Source of the DNA: Octopus sinensis
Taxonomy: Eukaryota
NCBI RefSeq assembly: GCF_006345805.1
Contig: NC_043022.1
Coordinates: forward strand, 12,710,001-12,774,000
DNA length: 64,000 nt
Direction of reading: 5' to 3'
The position numbers were made by a program, and so were the translations under genes. Shown one piece after another: positions 63,943 through 64,000 of the stretch (position 1 is its first letter; every line of letters begins with the position of its first letter). Below the pieces are notes generated by a model that was not told the DNA's origin, made no database searches, and saw only the letters and a list, made by a program, of their open reading frames with translations.

Positions 63943-64000
63943 GAATTCTAGAAACTCCTCCCAACCAGTTTGATGGTAACGCCACAACCAAGGCCAAGAC
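63943..64000 (+). CDS. M13 peptidase coding exon 4, truncated by window end ((R)ILETPPNQFDGNATTKAK)
   Basis: TTTTCAG acceptor ending 63942; phase 1 continues the frame. L-E ... KAK precedes the usual LYxSC motif; NAT sequon present. Confidence 0.85.

Noticed and set aside
1-64000. A prokaryotic-style operon, defence island or horizontally acquired gene cluster
   Set aside because: There are no long intact non-TE ORFs apart from the spliced M13 exons; composition and repeats are uniformly those of an animal genome.

Overview
Repeat-saturated eukaryotic genomic DNA, very likely from an octopod cephalopod. That assignment is inferred from the SINE families, RTE-X 3' ends with (ATG)n tails and extreme TA/CA microsatellite density; it was not confirmed by a search. 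The only host gene I can support is the 5' part of a plus-strand M13 (neprilysin/ECE-like) type II membrane metallopeptidase. Four coding exons are visible (56622-56865, 60219-60260, 61675-61836, 63943-end), all joined by phase-1 GT-AG introns into one open frame. The remainder is intergenic or 5'-UTR intron filled with decayed transposons: Tc1/mariner of three catalytic classes (DD34D, DD37D maT, DD34E), RTE and RTE-X LINE fragments, a Penelope-like RT, Helitron and Helentron derivatives, several MITEs, four SINE families, minisatellites and microsatellites. Almost all ORFs in the supplied track are simple-repeat artefacts. I found no convincing new multi-gene system. The most interesting leads are a ~490-bp near-perfect foldback, a hammerhead-like motif, a possible spliced in-frame upstream ORF that stops 9 nt before the peptidase ATG, an array of 5'-splice-site motifs, and inverted repeats flanking frame-preserving exons. 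All alignments and coordinates were read by eye, and repeat boundaries are approximate unless a TSD or TIR is quoted.
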